From: an uncultured Planctomycetota bacterium
GTDB lineage: Bacteria > Planctomycetota > PLA2 > JAEUHO01
Direction of reading: 5' to 3'
Assembly: GCA_963752285.1 (NCBI GenBank)
Contig: CAVVXN010000005.1
Span: 1,952,001-2,016,000, forward strand
DNA: 64,000 nt
The notes beneath the pieces are model-generated. The model ran no database searches. It saw only the letters and a program-made list of their open reading frames with translations, and had not been told where the DNA came from. A program made the translations under genes and the position numbers. Positions 49,394-57,304 of this stretch are shown in pieces (positions within the stretch are counted from its first letter, which is position 1; the number at the start of each line of letters is the position of its first letter).

Positions 49394-52195
49394 CTACTTC
49401 GCGGTCCGAACGAGGCGGAATCCCACCCCGGCGGGCGGCGTCCACCCCGTGAGCGCGTCGGCCTCGGTCAGGAGCGCCTTCGCATAGGAGGTCGCGTAGC
49501 CCGCGCCGAGCGCGAGGCGCCCCGTCGTCCCGCGGCAGGTGGCGAGGGTCGCCGTCCACTCCCGGACGCCGCCCGCGAGGTCCATGAGCCCGAAGGGGTT
49601 CCGGTCGGCCGCGACCGTGCCCACGTCCCGGGCGCCGCCGTCGAGGTCGTCGATCGCCAGCCCGAGCCCCACGAGCGCGGGAAAGGGCCCGAGCGGCGTC
49701 GCCCGCCGGTCGCCGCCCGACGCGGCCCACGCCCACTCGGGAGCGGTCGGGAGCCGCGCGCCGTCCGCCGCCGCGAACGCCTCGGCGTCCTCGTACGAGA
49801 TGCCCTGGACCGCGCGGTGGCTCGTGCCGGGCGGAGGGACGAACCGATCGCCGTCCCGCTCCCAGAGGGGGACGCCCGGACCGCCGAGCGCGTCCGGGGA
49901 CCGCGGAACGCGCCGCGTCCGTTCCGCCGGCGCGAGGCCGTCGAGGAACCGAGCGTACCGATCGACCGTGACCTCGAACCGGTCCCAGAGGAGCGCGGGC
50001 ACGTCGGCCGTCCCGAGCGGACCCTCCACGTGCCCCGCGGGCACGTAGACGCGGTCGGGGGCGAGCGCCGCGGGATCGACGGGGAACGTCACGGAGAGCG
50101 CATCCCGGCCCGGGGGCACCGCAAGGGGCAGGTACACGGTGCCGGCGCCCCGTTCGAACGCGAGGACGTACCGGCCGGGCGCAAGGGCCGGCGCCGCGCC
50201 GAGGTCGTTCGGCTCCGACCACGCGACCACGCCGCCGGGGCCGTCCATCGCGTACGCGCGGAGCGCGCCCCCGGTCGGCAGCCCGGGGAACACCAGCGAG
50301 CGCGTCGGTCGCGCGAGGGCGACGAGTCGCTCGGCCTCCTCGCGGTCCGGCCGGGAGGCGTCGGTGAGCAGGGGCTCGATGCGCTGCGCCAGCGTCTCTT
50401 GGAGACGGACGCGCGCATCGTGCGCGGCACCGTCCCGGCCGGCGTCGAAGGCCCGGCCGACCTCGTCCGCGAGGGCCGCGGCCCGGCGGAGCGCTCGCTC
50501 GAGCTCCTCGCGGCGCGCGAGCGTGGCCAGCACGTCGAGCGCGCGGTCCGAGGTCGAGGGATCGCCCGCCGCGCGGCGCGCGGCCGCCTCGATCTCGGCA
50601 TCGGAGAGCTTCCCGGTCCGGAGCCCCTCCTCCGCACGCTCGATCCGGCGGACCGCGCCTTCGCCCGCGGGCGGGGGCGCCCGATCGAAGGCGCCGTTCG
50701 CGGCGAGGAGCACACCAGCCAGCAGGAGCACGAGGAGCGCGGCCGCGGCGCGGCGCTGACGCCCTACGAGGAGGCCCAGCCGGTAGAGCGCGCGGCGCGC
50801 GGGGTCCATCCCGCCGAGGACGGCGCGGGTCGGCCTGCGCTCGAGCCAGGCGACGACGTCGTCCCGCAGGGCGAGGGCGTGTCGATACCGCTGCTCGGGC
50901 GAGACCGCCATCGCGTGACGCACGATCTCGCGGAGGGGACGCGGCGTACGCGCCGGCAGCTCCGAGTACCGGCCGGCGAGGACGTCCTTCTGGAGCTGGT
51001 CGAGTCCCCGCTCGCGACCGCTCGCCACCGCGGAGAGGCGCGCGCGGTAGAGCGCGGCCTCCTTCGCGTCACCCTTTCGGACGGCCTGCTCGACGAGCAT
51101 CCGGAGGCCTTCGATGCGCTCTGGCGTGCTCACGGTGGTGCGTACGGCGGGCGCGAGGGGTGGGGCGCCGGTCAGGAGGTACTGGAGGATCGCGCCGAGC
51201 GCCCAGACGTCGCCACGGCGGTCCACCTCGCCGCGGGCCTGCTCGGGGGGCATGTACACGAGCGTGCCGGTGACCCGCACGCCACCGGAGGCCAGCCGCG
51301 CGGGCGTCTCGGTGGGCAGGTGGGCGAGGCGCTGGTTCTTCCGCTCGACGAGCGAGCAGATGCCGAAGTCGATCACGAACGGTCTCAAACCGTTGCGGTC
51401 GATCAGGACGTTCTCCGGCTTCAGGTCGCGGTGGATCACCCCCTCACGGACGTTCGCGTGATGGATCGCCTCGCAGACCGGGAGGAACACGTGGCGCAGG
51501 ATGCCGTCGAGATTCGAGGCCGGTCGGAGCAGGGGGTCCCGGGCGGCCTGCCCGTCGTGCGCGAACCGCGTGAGGGTCGCGAGGCTCAACGGGTCCTTCA
51601 GGAGCTCCATCGCGAAGTAGCGACTGCGCCCGAGCGTGCCCGAGTCGAAGATCGGCATGATGTGCGGGTGCTGGATGTTTCCCTGCACCTGGACCTCGCG
51701 CTGGAAGCGCACGACGTCGTCGGGCGGCGCGGTGGCGGACAGGACCTTCAGCGCGACGTGCCGGTTGGCCGCCGGGTCGAACGCGCGGTACACGGCCGCC
51801 ATCCCGCCGCGGCCGAGGAGCTCCTCGACCTCGTAGCGCCCCACGCGCTCCCCCATGCCGATCGCCGCGGTGACGCGGGCGTCCGGCGCCTCGGAAGCCC
51901 CCTTCGCCCCCCCCGACCGCGACCTCGGGGCCTTTCGTTTCCCCCGGGGGCGGCTCGCGGGGGGGCGCGTCTTCCGGTTCGGCTGGGACGTCCGCCCTCC
52001 GCCCTCCGTCAGGAGGACGGCCTCGATCGCGCCGTCCTCGCCGGGGCGGAGCCGGAAACGCGCGCCGCAACGGGAGCAGCGCGCCGTGTGAGGTCTCCCC
52101 TCCGCGGTGACGGCCCCGGGATCGACGCGGAATCGCTTGCCGCAGCCGGGACAATGGACGCGCGGCTGGGGCTCGGAGGCGGACGAGTCGTCCAT
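49394..52195 (-). CDS. Ser/Thr protein kinase with N-terminal Zn-ribbon, TM and C-terminal FGE-sulfatase (SUMF1) domain
   Basis: CPGC..CSRC; GRGGMAAVY, HRDLKPEN, DFG, YMPPEQ; RLPTAPEW, NPFGLMDLAGGVREW, VGFRLV. Confidence 0.9.
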   Translation of the reverse strand: MDDSSASEPQPRVHCPGCGKRFRVDPGAVTAEGRPHTARCSRCGARFRLRPGEDGAIEAVLLTEGGGRTSQPNRKTRPPASRPRGKRKAPRSRSGGAKGASEAPDARVTAAIGMGERVGRYEVEELLGRGGMAAVYRAFDPAANRHVALKVLSATAPPDDVVRFQREVQVQGNIQHPHIMPIFDSGTLGRSRYFAMELLKDPLSLATLTRFAHDGQAARDPLLRPASNLDGILRHVFLPVCEAIHHANVREGVIHRDLKPENVLIDRNGLRPFVIDFGICSLVERKNQRLAHLPTETPARLASGGVRVTGTLVYMPPEQARGEVDRRGDVWALGAILQYLLTGAPPLAPAVRTTVSTPERIEGLRMLVEQAVRKGDAKEAALYRARLSAVASGRERGLDQLQKDVLAGRYSELPARTPRPLREIVRHAMAVSPEQRYRHALALRDDVVAWLERRPTRAVLGGMDPARRALYRLGLLVGRQRRAAAALLVLLLAGVLLAANGAFDRAPPPAGEGAVRRIERAEEGLRTGKLSDAEIEAAARRAAGDPSTSDRALDVLATLARREELERALRRAAALADEVGRAFDAGRDGAAHDARVRLQETLAQRIEPLLTDASRPDREEAERLVALARPTRSLVFPGLPTGGALRAYAMDGPGGVVAWSEPNDLGAAPALAPGRYVLAFERGAGTVYLPLAVPPGRDALSVTFPVDPAALAPDRVYVPAGHVEGPLGTADVPALLWDRFEVTVDRYARFLDGLAPAERTRRVPRSPDALGGPGVPLWERDGDRFVPPPGTSHRAVQGISYEDAEAFAAADGARLPTAPEWAWAASGGDRRATPLGPFPALVGLGLAIDDLDGGARDVGTVAADRNPFGLMDLAGGVREWTATLATCRGTTGRLALGAGYATSYAKALLTEADALTGWTPPAGVGFRLVRTAK

Positions 52196-52296
52196 GCGAG
52201 GTCGGAGGATACGAGGCTGGAGACTCGGGGGCCAGCCGACCGACACAGAGGAAGGGCTTGTCGCCTCCCGATCCTCTGACCACGATGAGACGGCAG

Positions 52297-53373
52297 ATGG
52301 ACGACGCCCTCCCCCCGGCCCCCGACCGATCGAGTCGGCCGCCCCCGAAAGGTGAGCGCCGCGCGACGTCGGGACCGGCACCGGCTCGGCCGAAAGCGGC
52401 GAGCGCCGCGGAGGGACCCCGCGCGGCGACGCCCGACCGCCCGCGCGAGGCGCCGGTGATCCGGGCGCTCGTGGTCGAGGGCGGCGCGGTCGAGCGACGG
52501 CTCCTCGGCGCGATCGCCGAGGGGCAGGGCCTACAGGTGCGCGAGGTCGCCGACGGCGCGACCGCGGTGCGCGCGGCCGAGGCCGAGGTGCCCGACGTCA
52601 TCCTCCTCGACATGGAGCTCCCCGACGCCGACGGGCTCCGCATCCTCTCCCAGCTGCACTCCGAGCATCCGGACGTACCGGTGGTGGTCCTGGCCCACCC
52701 CTCCGACGCGGACCGGATCGAGGCCGCGCTGGACCTCGGCGCCGTGAACTTCGTGTGCAAGCCGGTGAAGCCCCGCGAGATCGTGTTCGTGATCGACCGG
52801 ATCCGCCGGGCGCTCCGCGCGGAGGCCGGCCTGACCGAGGTGCTCGAGGTCATCGTGGACCGGACGACGCGCCTCGAGGTGCCCTGCGACCTCGGCCTGA
52901 TCCCGAGGGTGGTGTCGCTCCTCGGCCGTGAGCTCCAGCACCACTACCCCGGGTTCCGCGTCCCGACCTCGGACGTGAAGCTCGCGCTCTACGAGGCCCT
53001 CGCGAACGCCATGGAGCACGGCAGCCTGGAGATCGACTTCGAAGGCAAGGCGGAAGCGATGATCGACCCGGGCGGCCTCCAGGAGCTGGTGCGCCGCCGG
53101 CAGGAGGATCCCCGGTTCCGCGGGCGCAAGGTGCACGTAGACGTGCACTACGGCGCAGAGCGCGTCGAGTACGTGGTCCGAGACGACGGCCCGGGCTTCG
53201 ACCCGCGGCGCTTCGTGCGCCGCGAGGCGCTGACCGACGTTCAGGCACTCCACGGGCGCGGGCTCGCGCTGATTCGTCACTACATGAACGACGTCCGCTG
53301 GAACGACGCGGGCAACGAGATCCGGATGGCGCGGCGCCTCGCGCGCCGCCACGAACAAAACGGCGGCCGGTAG
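52297..53373 (+). CDS. response regulator receiver fused to an anti-sigma-type HATPase domain
   Basis: PDVILLDMELP..KP; EALANAMEHG, VRDDGPGFD, GRGLALI; start uncertain. Confidence 0.85.
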   Translation: MDDALPPAPDRSSRPPPKGERRATSGPAPARPKAASAAEGPRAATPDRPREAPVIRALVVEGGAVERRLLGAIAEGQGLQVREVADGATAVRAAEAEVPDVILLDMELPDADGLRILSQLHSEHPDVPVVVLAHPSDADRIEAALDLGAVNFVCKPVKPREIVFVIDRIRRALRAEAGLTEVLEVIVDRTTRLEVPCDLGLIPRVVSLLGRELQHHYPGFRVPTSDVKLALYEALANAMEHGSLEIDFEGKAEAMIDPGGLQELVRRRQEDPRFRGRKVHVDVHYGAERVEYVVRDDGPGFDPRRFVRREALTDVQALHGRGLALIRHYMNDVRWNDAGNEIRMARRLARRHEQNGGR

Positions 53374-53377
53374 CGCG

Positions 53378-53803
53378 TCACTCGTGGATGATCGGGCTTG
53401 CGTCCGGGGGACGGTATCGCGCGACGTCCAGGATCTTGAAGAGCAGTCGCCGCTCGACGTGCCGGCCGGGCGCGAAGGACGACAACCACGCGCTCAGGTG
53501 CTGCAGTTCCTCGCCGTCCTCCTCGGCCCCGAGGAACTCCACCTCGATACGCACGCCGTCACGGGCCCGGGGGTCCATGATCGGGTCGAGCACGAGGAGC
53601 GACGCGCGGGCATTCCGGCGCAAGTTCTTGAACGTCCGCCCTCCCACGCCGGCTTCCTCGCCCCCGGCGATCATTCCGTCCGAGGTGAGGCGCGGCGCGA
53701 TCAGCAGGCAGCTCTCGGGGATCCCCTGAGGGTCCGTGCTCGCGAGAACGGTCACCGCCGTTCGGCGATCGAGGTACATCCGGACGTGGTCGGCAGGGTC
53801 CAT
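53378..53803 (-). CDS. pyridoxamine 5'-phosphate oxidase-like (split barrel) protein
   Basis: VLASTDPQGIP, TFKNLRRNARASLLV. Confidence 0.65.
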   Translation of the reverse strand: MDPADHVRMYLDRRTAVTVLASTDPQGIPESCLLIAPRLTSDGMIAGGEEAGVGGRTFKNLRRNARASLLVLDPIMDPRARDGVRIEVEFLGAEEDGEELQHLSAWLSSFAPGRHVERRLLFKILDVARYRPPDASPIIHE

Positions 53804-53879
53804 GAGAAGGCTGGAGCATACCGTCCCCCGCCCAAAGTTCGCGGCCCGGCTCCGGGGTGGCCCTCGCCCCGGCCCGAGG

Positions 53880-53885
53880 TATCCT
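53880..53885 (+). promoter_or_regulatory. putative -10 element of tRNA-Pro
   Basis: TATCCT 17 nt upstream of the tRNA 5' end. Confidence 0.45.
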
Positions 53886-53902
53886 CTCCCCTCAACCGCC
53901 GT

Positions 53903-53979
53903 CGGGGCGTAGCGCAGTTTGGTAGCGCGCCTGGTTCGGGACCAGGAGGTCGCTGGTTCGAATCCAGTCGCCCCGACCA
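53903..53979 (+). tRNA. tRNA-Pro(CGG)
   Basis: acceptor CGGGGCG/CGCCCCG, anticodon arm CCTGG-TTCGGGA-CCAGG, T-loop TTCGAAT, encoded CCA; 77 nt. Confidence 0.97.
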
Positions 53980-55287
53980 ACTCTCGTCTCCCGCCCGTTG
54001 GCACGACGCGGCCGCACGGAGAAGCACCCAGCGACCGGGTTGGGGGGTAGGCTCGGGTGTGCGACAGCACACCCATGCCGTAGGGGGGACTACATAGTCC
54101 CCCCTGTCTTGGCGGCGTCGCTGGTTCCAACGGCACGCCCGACGCGAAGCGGCGGGTGGGCCGTTGGTTCGAATCCAGTCGCCCCGACCATTTCACGATG
54201 CCCTCCCGTGTCCCAGTAGGCGACCTCCAGCAGAGGCACCCAGCGACCGGGTTGGGGGGTAGGCTCGGGTGTGCGACAGCACACCCATGCCGTAGGGGGG
54301 CCGGGCCCGGCCTGCGTGCGAATCGTGCGTCGAGACGCGAGCACGTGGCGCGACAAGTGCACGCACCGAGGGACGGGAGCCTCGCGTCCGGAGCGCAGGG
54401 TGTCCGGCGTGCGCCTGGGGCCCGAGGCCAAGGCGCGAGGAGGAGGCGACCCCGAAGGGGTCGTGGACGACGAGCAACGCAGGCATCGGGTTCCAGGCGT
54501 GCGCCGGACCGCGCGAGTCGCGCGTAGGTCGGGCCGTCAAGTCCCCCCTGTCGTGGCGGCGTCGCTGGTTCCAACGGCACGCCCGACGCGAAGCGGCGGG
54601 TGGGCCGTTGGTTCGAATCCAGTCGCCCCGACCATTTCACGATGCCCTCCCGTGTCCCAGTAGGCGACCTCCAGCAGAGGCACCCAGCGACCGGGTTGGG
54701 GGGTAGGCTCGGGTGTGCGATAGCACACCCATGCCGTAGGGGGGCCGGGCCCGGCCTCTTTGCGAATCGTGCGTCGAGACGCGAGCACGTGGCGCGACAA
54801 GTGCACGCACCGAGGGACGGGAGCCTCGCGTCCGGAGCGCAGGGTGTCCGGCGTGCGCCTGGGGCCCGAGGCCAAGGCGCGAGGAGGAGGCGACCCCGAA
54901 GGGGTCGTGGACGACGAGCAACGCAGGCATCGGGTTCCAGGCGTGCGCCGGACCGCGCGAGTCGCGCGTAGGTCGGGCCGTCAAGTCCCCCCTGTCGTGG
55001 CGGCGTCGCTGGTTCCAACGGCACGCCCGACGCGAAGCGGCGGGTGGGCCGCCCGTTCGAATCCAGTCGCCCCGACCATTTCACGATGCCCTCCCGTGTC
55101 CCAGCAGGCGACCTCATGAAAGGCGCCCCAGCGACCGGGTTGGGGGGTAGGCTCGGGTGTGCGACAGCACACCCATGCCGTAGGGGGGCCGGGCCCGGCC
55201 TCTTTGCGAATCGTGCGTCGAGACGCGAGCACGTGGCGCGACAAGTGCACGCACCGAGGGACGGGAGCCTCGCGTTCGGACCGCAGG
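53980..55287 (+). repeat. tRNA-linked tandem array of structured units (211, 444, 444 bp and a ~209-bp truncated unit)
   Basis: tRNA 3' end ...GTTCGAATCCAGTCGCCCCGACCA recurs, ending at 54190, 54634 and 55078; units 2 and 3 differ at only a few positions. Confidence 0.95.
54301..54540 (+). ncRNA. candidate structured single-stranded element (RNA or ssDNA); copies at 54745-54984 and partial from 55189
   Basis: 26-bp and 28-bp stems whose non-WC pairs are all G.T or G.A on the + strand; tandem-GA zipper with GAA loop. Confidence 0.55.
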
Positions 55288-55390
55288 ACGACGCCGGGAC
55301 GCCGGTCGTCGTACTCCGAACGGTTGCGGCGGGCGGCTGTTGTGCCGCTCCGACCTCTCGCTGACCGACTCCGCGTCCCACGCCCGGCGC

Positions 55391-55933
55391 TCACCCAAGA
55401 GCCGGCACCTCCCACGCCCCGCCCCCGCTCTCGACGACGTGCACGCCCTCGACCTCCCCGACGAGCGACGCGTCGAAGAGGATCTGGTCCCGGTCGTGGG
55501 ACGCGGAACGAAGCATCCGGTCCGCTCGCCGAACGACCTCGCCGCGCACGTTCGTCAGCGTCCCATCCCGCACCGTGAAGGTGCCCTCCCCACGCGCCAT
55601 CGCAACCGCCACCCGAATGGGCGCCACGTCCCGTGGGGCGCCCGACAGCAAGATCGCCCGCACGTCACGGAAAAGGTCCCTCGCCACGCCGACGGCGTCG
55701 CCCCGTCGCAGGCTCGCCTCCTCGGACCAGACTCCAACGATCCGAGAACCCTCGACGTCCGACCAGGACACGTCGGCGATTCGTCCGCCCGTTCCGCCGA
55801 CGGTGCCGGCACACGCGTCCACGAGATCGCGGGACAAGCGGACGAACGCCTCGGCCTCCAGGGCGTCCGCGACGGCATGGAGCCCGCGCACGCTGAGGAC
55901 GAGAAGAGTCAGATCTGCTCGCGACGTGGCCAC
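55391..55933 (-). CDS. degenerate class III adenylate/guanylate cyclase-like protein
   Basis: LTLLVLSVRGL..GGRI..IRVAVAMARGE..VRGEVVRRADRM..QILFD follows the cyclase-fold pattern. Confidence 0.55.
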   Translation of the reverse strand: MATSRADLTLLVLSVRGLHAVADALEAEAFVRLSRDLVDACAGTVGGTGGRIADVSWSDVEGSRIVGVWSEEASLRRGDAVGVARDLFRDVRAILLSGAPRDVAPIRVAVAMARGEGTFTVRDGTLTNVRGEVVRRADRMLRSASHDRDQILFDASLVGEVEGVHVVESGGGAWEVPALG

Positions 55934-55955
55934 GGCGTCCGGCGGCCCGCCCCGG

Positions 55956-57272
55956 TCAGTCCCCCCACATGTGATCGGGCTGGACGCCGTAGGCGCGGGC
56001 CGCCTCGTTGGGGAGCGGGAAGTGCTCCAGGTCGAGCGCCGCGGCGGGCGCGAACCCGTGGATCTCGACGTCCGTGTCGCCCTCGGAGTCGTCGCCCTCC
56101 CCGCCCGTCTCGTCGTCGCCGCGGTCGGCCTTCCCGACGCGGAGCCTGCCGCCCGCGTCGAGGCCCGGGTCGAGCGAAACGTTCTTCTCGAAGCCGTAGT
56201 CGAGACCCTCCGAGACGGCGTCGAGGTCGAGGACGCGGTAGGTCGGCGCCGCGCCGAACTTGCCGACGAGGACCCCCGCCGCGTCCTGGTCGTTGCCGAA
56301 GAGCGTGGCGTTCTGGAAGAACAGGTTCCCTTCGATCTTCAGCGTCGGCATTCGATCGACGGCCCAGTCCTGCTGCAGCGCGCCGCCCGGGTTGTGCGCG
56401 AACAGGTTCCCCACGAAGTCCAGCTCCTCTGCGGAGCCCTTGTGGTGGAGCTCGACCGCGCCCACGTTGCTGGACGTCGGGTCGGGGTTGTACGGCCAGT
56501 TGCAGAGGAACGTGTTGTGGGTGAGGCGCACCCGCCGAACGATCTTCCCGCGGAACCCGAAGCCCGAGCCGACGCGAAGCGTCAGGAGGTTGTTCCAGAA
56601 CAGGTTGTTCTGGATGTCGATCGTGGTGTCGTCGGACACGGGGGCGATCAGAGGGTCGAAAACGCCTTCGGGGGCGTTCAGGAAGGCGTTGTCGGCAATC
56701 ACGAGGTGGTCGGTGTGGAGCTGCCCGAACGTGATGAGGGGAACCGTCCGGGTCTTCGAGCGCGAAAGGCTCTTCGAGGCGGCGTCGTACGTGTTCGAGG
56801 GCGCCGCGTCGAAGACGAAGCCGCTGATCACGAGCTCGTGGATCTGAGAGCCCTTCGTGATCTGCAAGAAGGGACCGCCACGGTCCGGCGCGGTCTCGAG
56901 TCGCGTCAGGGTGGCGAAGCTCCGGCGCGTGAACGTGGGATCGAAGCCACCCACGACGTGGACGTCCGCCGCCGGGTTGTCTACGAGCGGCAGCGCCCAC
57001 ATCCCCATGCCGAGCTGTCCCCGGTACGCGTCGCCGGAGACCAGCACGTTCACGGTCCGCGCCCCGGGCTTGGAAGCGATCTCCGCGGCCACGGGCAGGG
57101 CCTTGAAGAAGGAGGTCACCACCTGGCCCCCGTCGGCCGCGGCCTTCTTCGTAGCCGCCTCGGCCGCCGGGGAGCCCTTGGGCGCCACGTAGATGGTCAC
57201 GGTCTCGGCCCGCGCGGCGGCGGCGAAGAGAATCCAGAGCCCCGACACCACGCACGTCGTCTTCCCGATCAT
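55956..57272 (-). CDS. secreted protein, probable right-handed beta-helix
   Basis: signal peptide ARA-ETVTIYVAP; IADNAFLN, IQNNLFWNN, LTHNTF, FVGNLFAHN, IEGNLFFQN repeats; GAGGAGG RBS. Confidence 0.75.
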   Translation of the reverse strand: MIGKTTCVVSGLWILFAAAARAETVTIYVAPKGSPAAEAATKKAAADGGQVVTSFFKALPVAAEIASKPGARTVNVLVSGDAYRGQLGMGMWALPLVDNPAADVHVVGGFDPTFTRRSFATLTRLETAPDRGGPFLQITKGSQIHELVISGFVFDAAPSNTYDAASKSLSRSKTRTVPLITFGQLHTDHLVIADNAFLNAPEGVFDPLIAPVSDDTTIDIQNNLFWNNLLTLRVGSGFGFRGKIVRRVRLTHNTFLCNWPYNPDPTSSNVGAVELHHKGSAEELDFVGNLFAHNPGGALQQDWAVDRMPTLKIEGNLFFQNATLFGNDQDAAGVLVGKFGAAPTYRVLDLDAVSEGLDYGFEKNVSLDPGLDAGGRLRVGKADRGDDETGGEGDDSEGDTDVEIHGFAPAAALDLEHFPLPNEAARAYGVQPDHMWGD

Positions 57273-57304
57273 CGTCGTCCTCCTCGCGCGATCGTCCCGG
57301 CGGG

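Noticed and set aside
54110..55078. Additional tRNA genes or tmRNA in the array
   Set aside because: The copies lack D and anticodon arms; no tmRNA-type acceptor end or tag reading frame was recognised.
53980..55287. CRISPR array interpretation of the repeats
   Set aside because: The period is 211-444 bp, the intervening sequences are near-identical rather than unique spacers, and no cas genes were seen.
53804..55415. ORFs crossing the tRNA and array, including the 667-aa ORF 53378..55381
   Set aside because: They translate the tRNA antisense and the repeats; 444 is a multiple of 3 and stops are rare at this GC. Only 53378-53803 looks like a protein.
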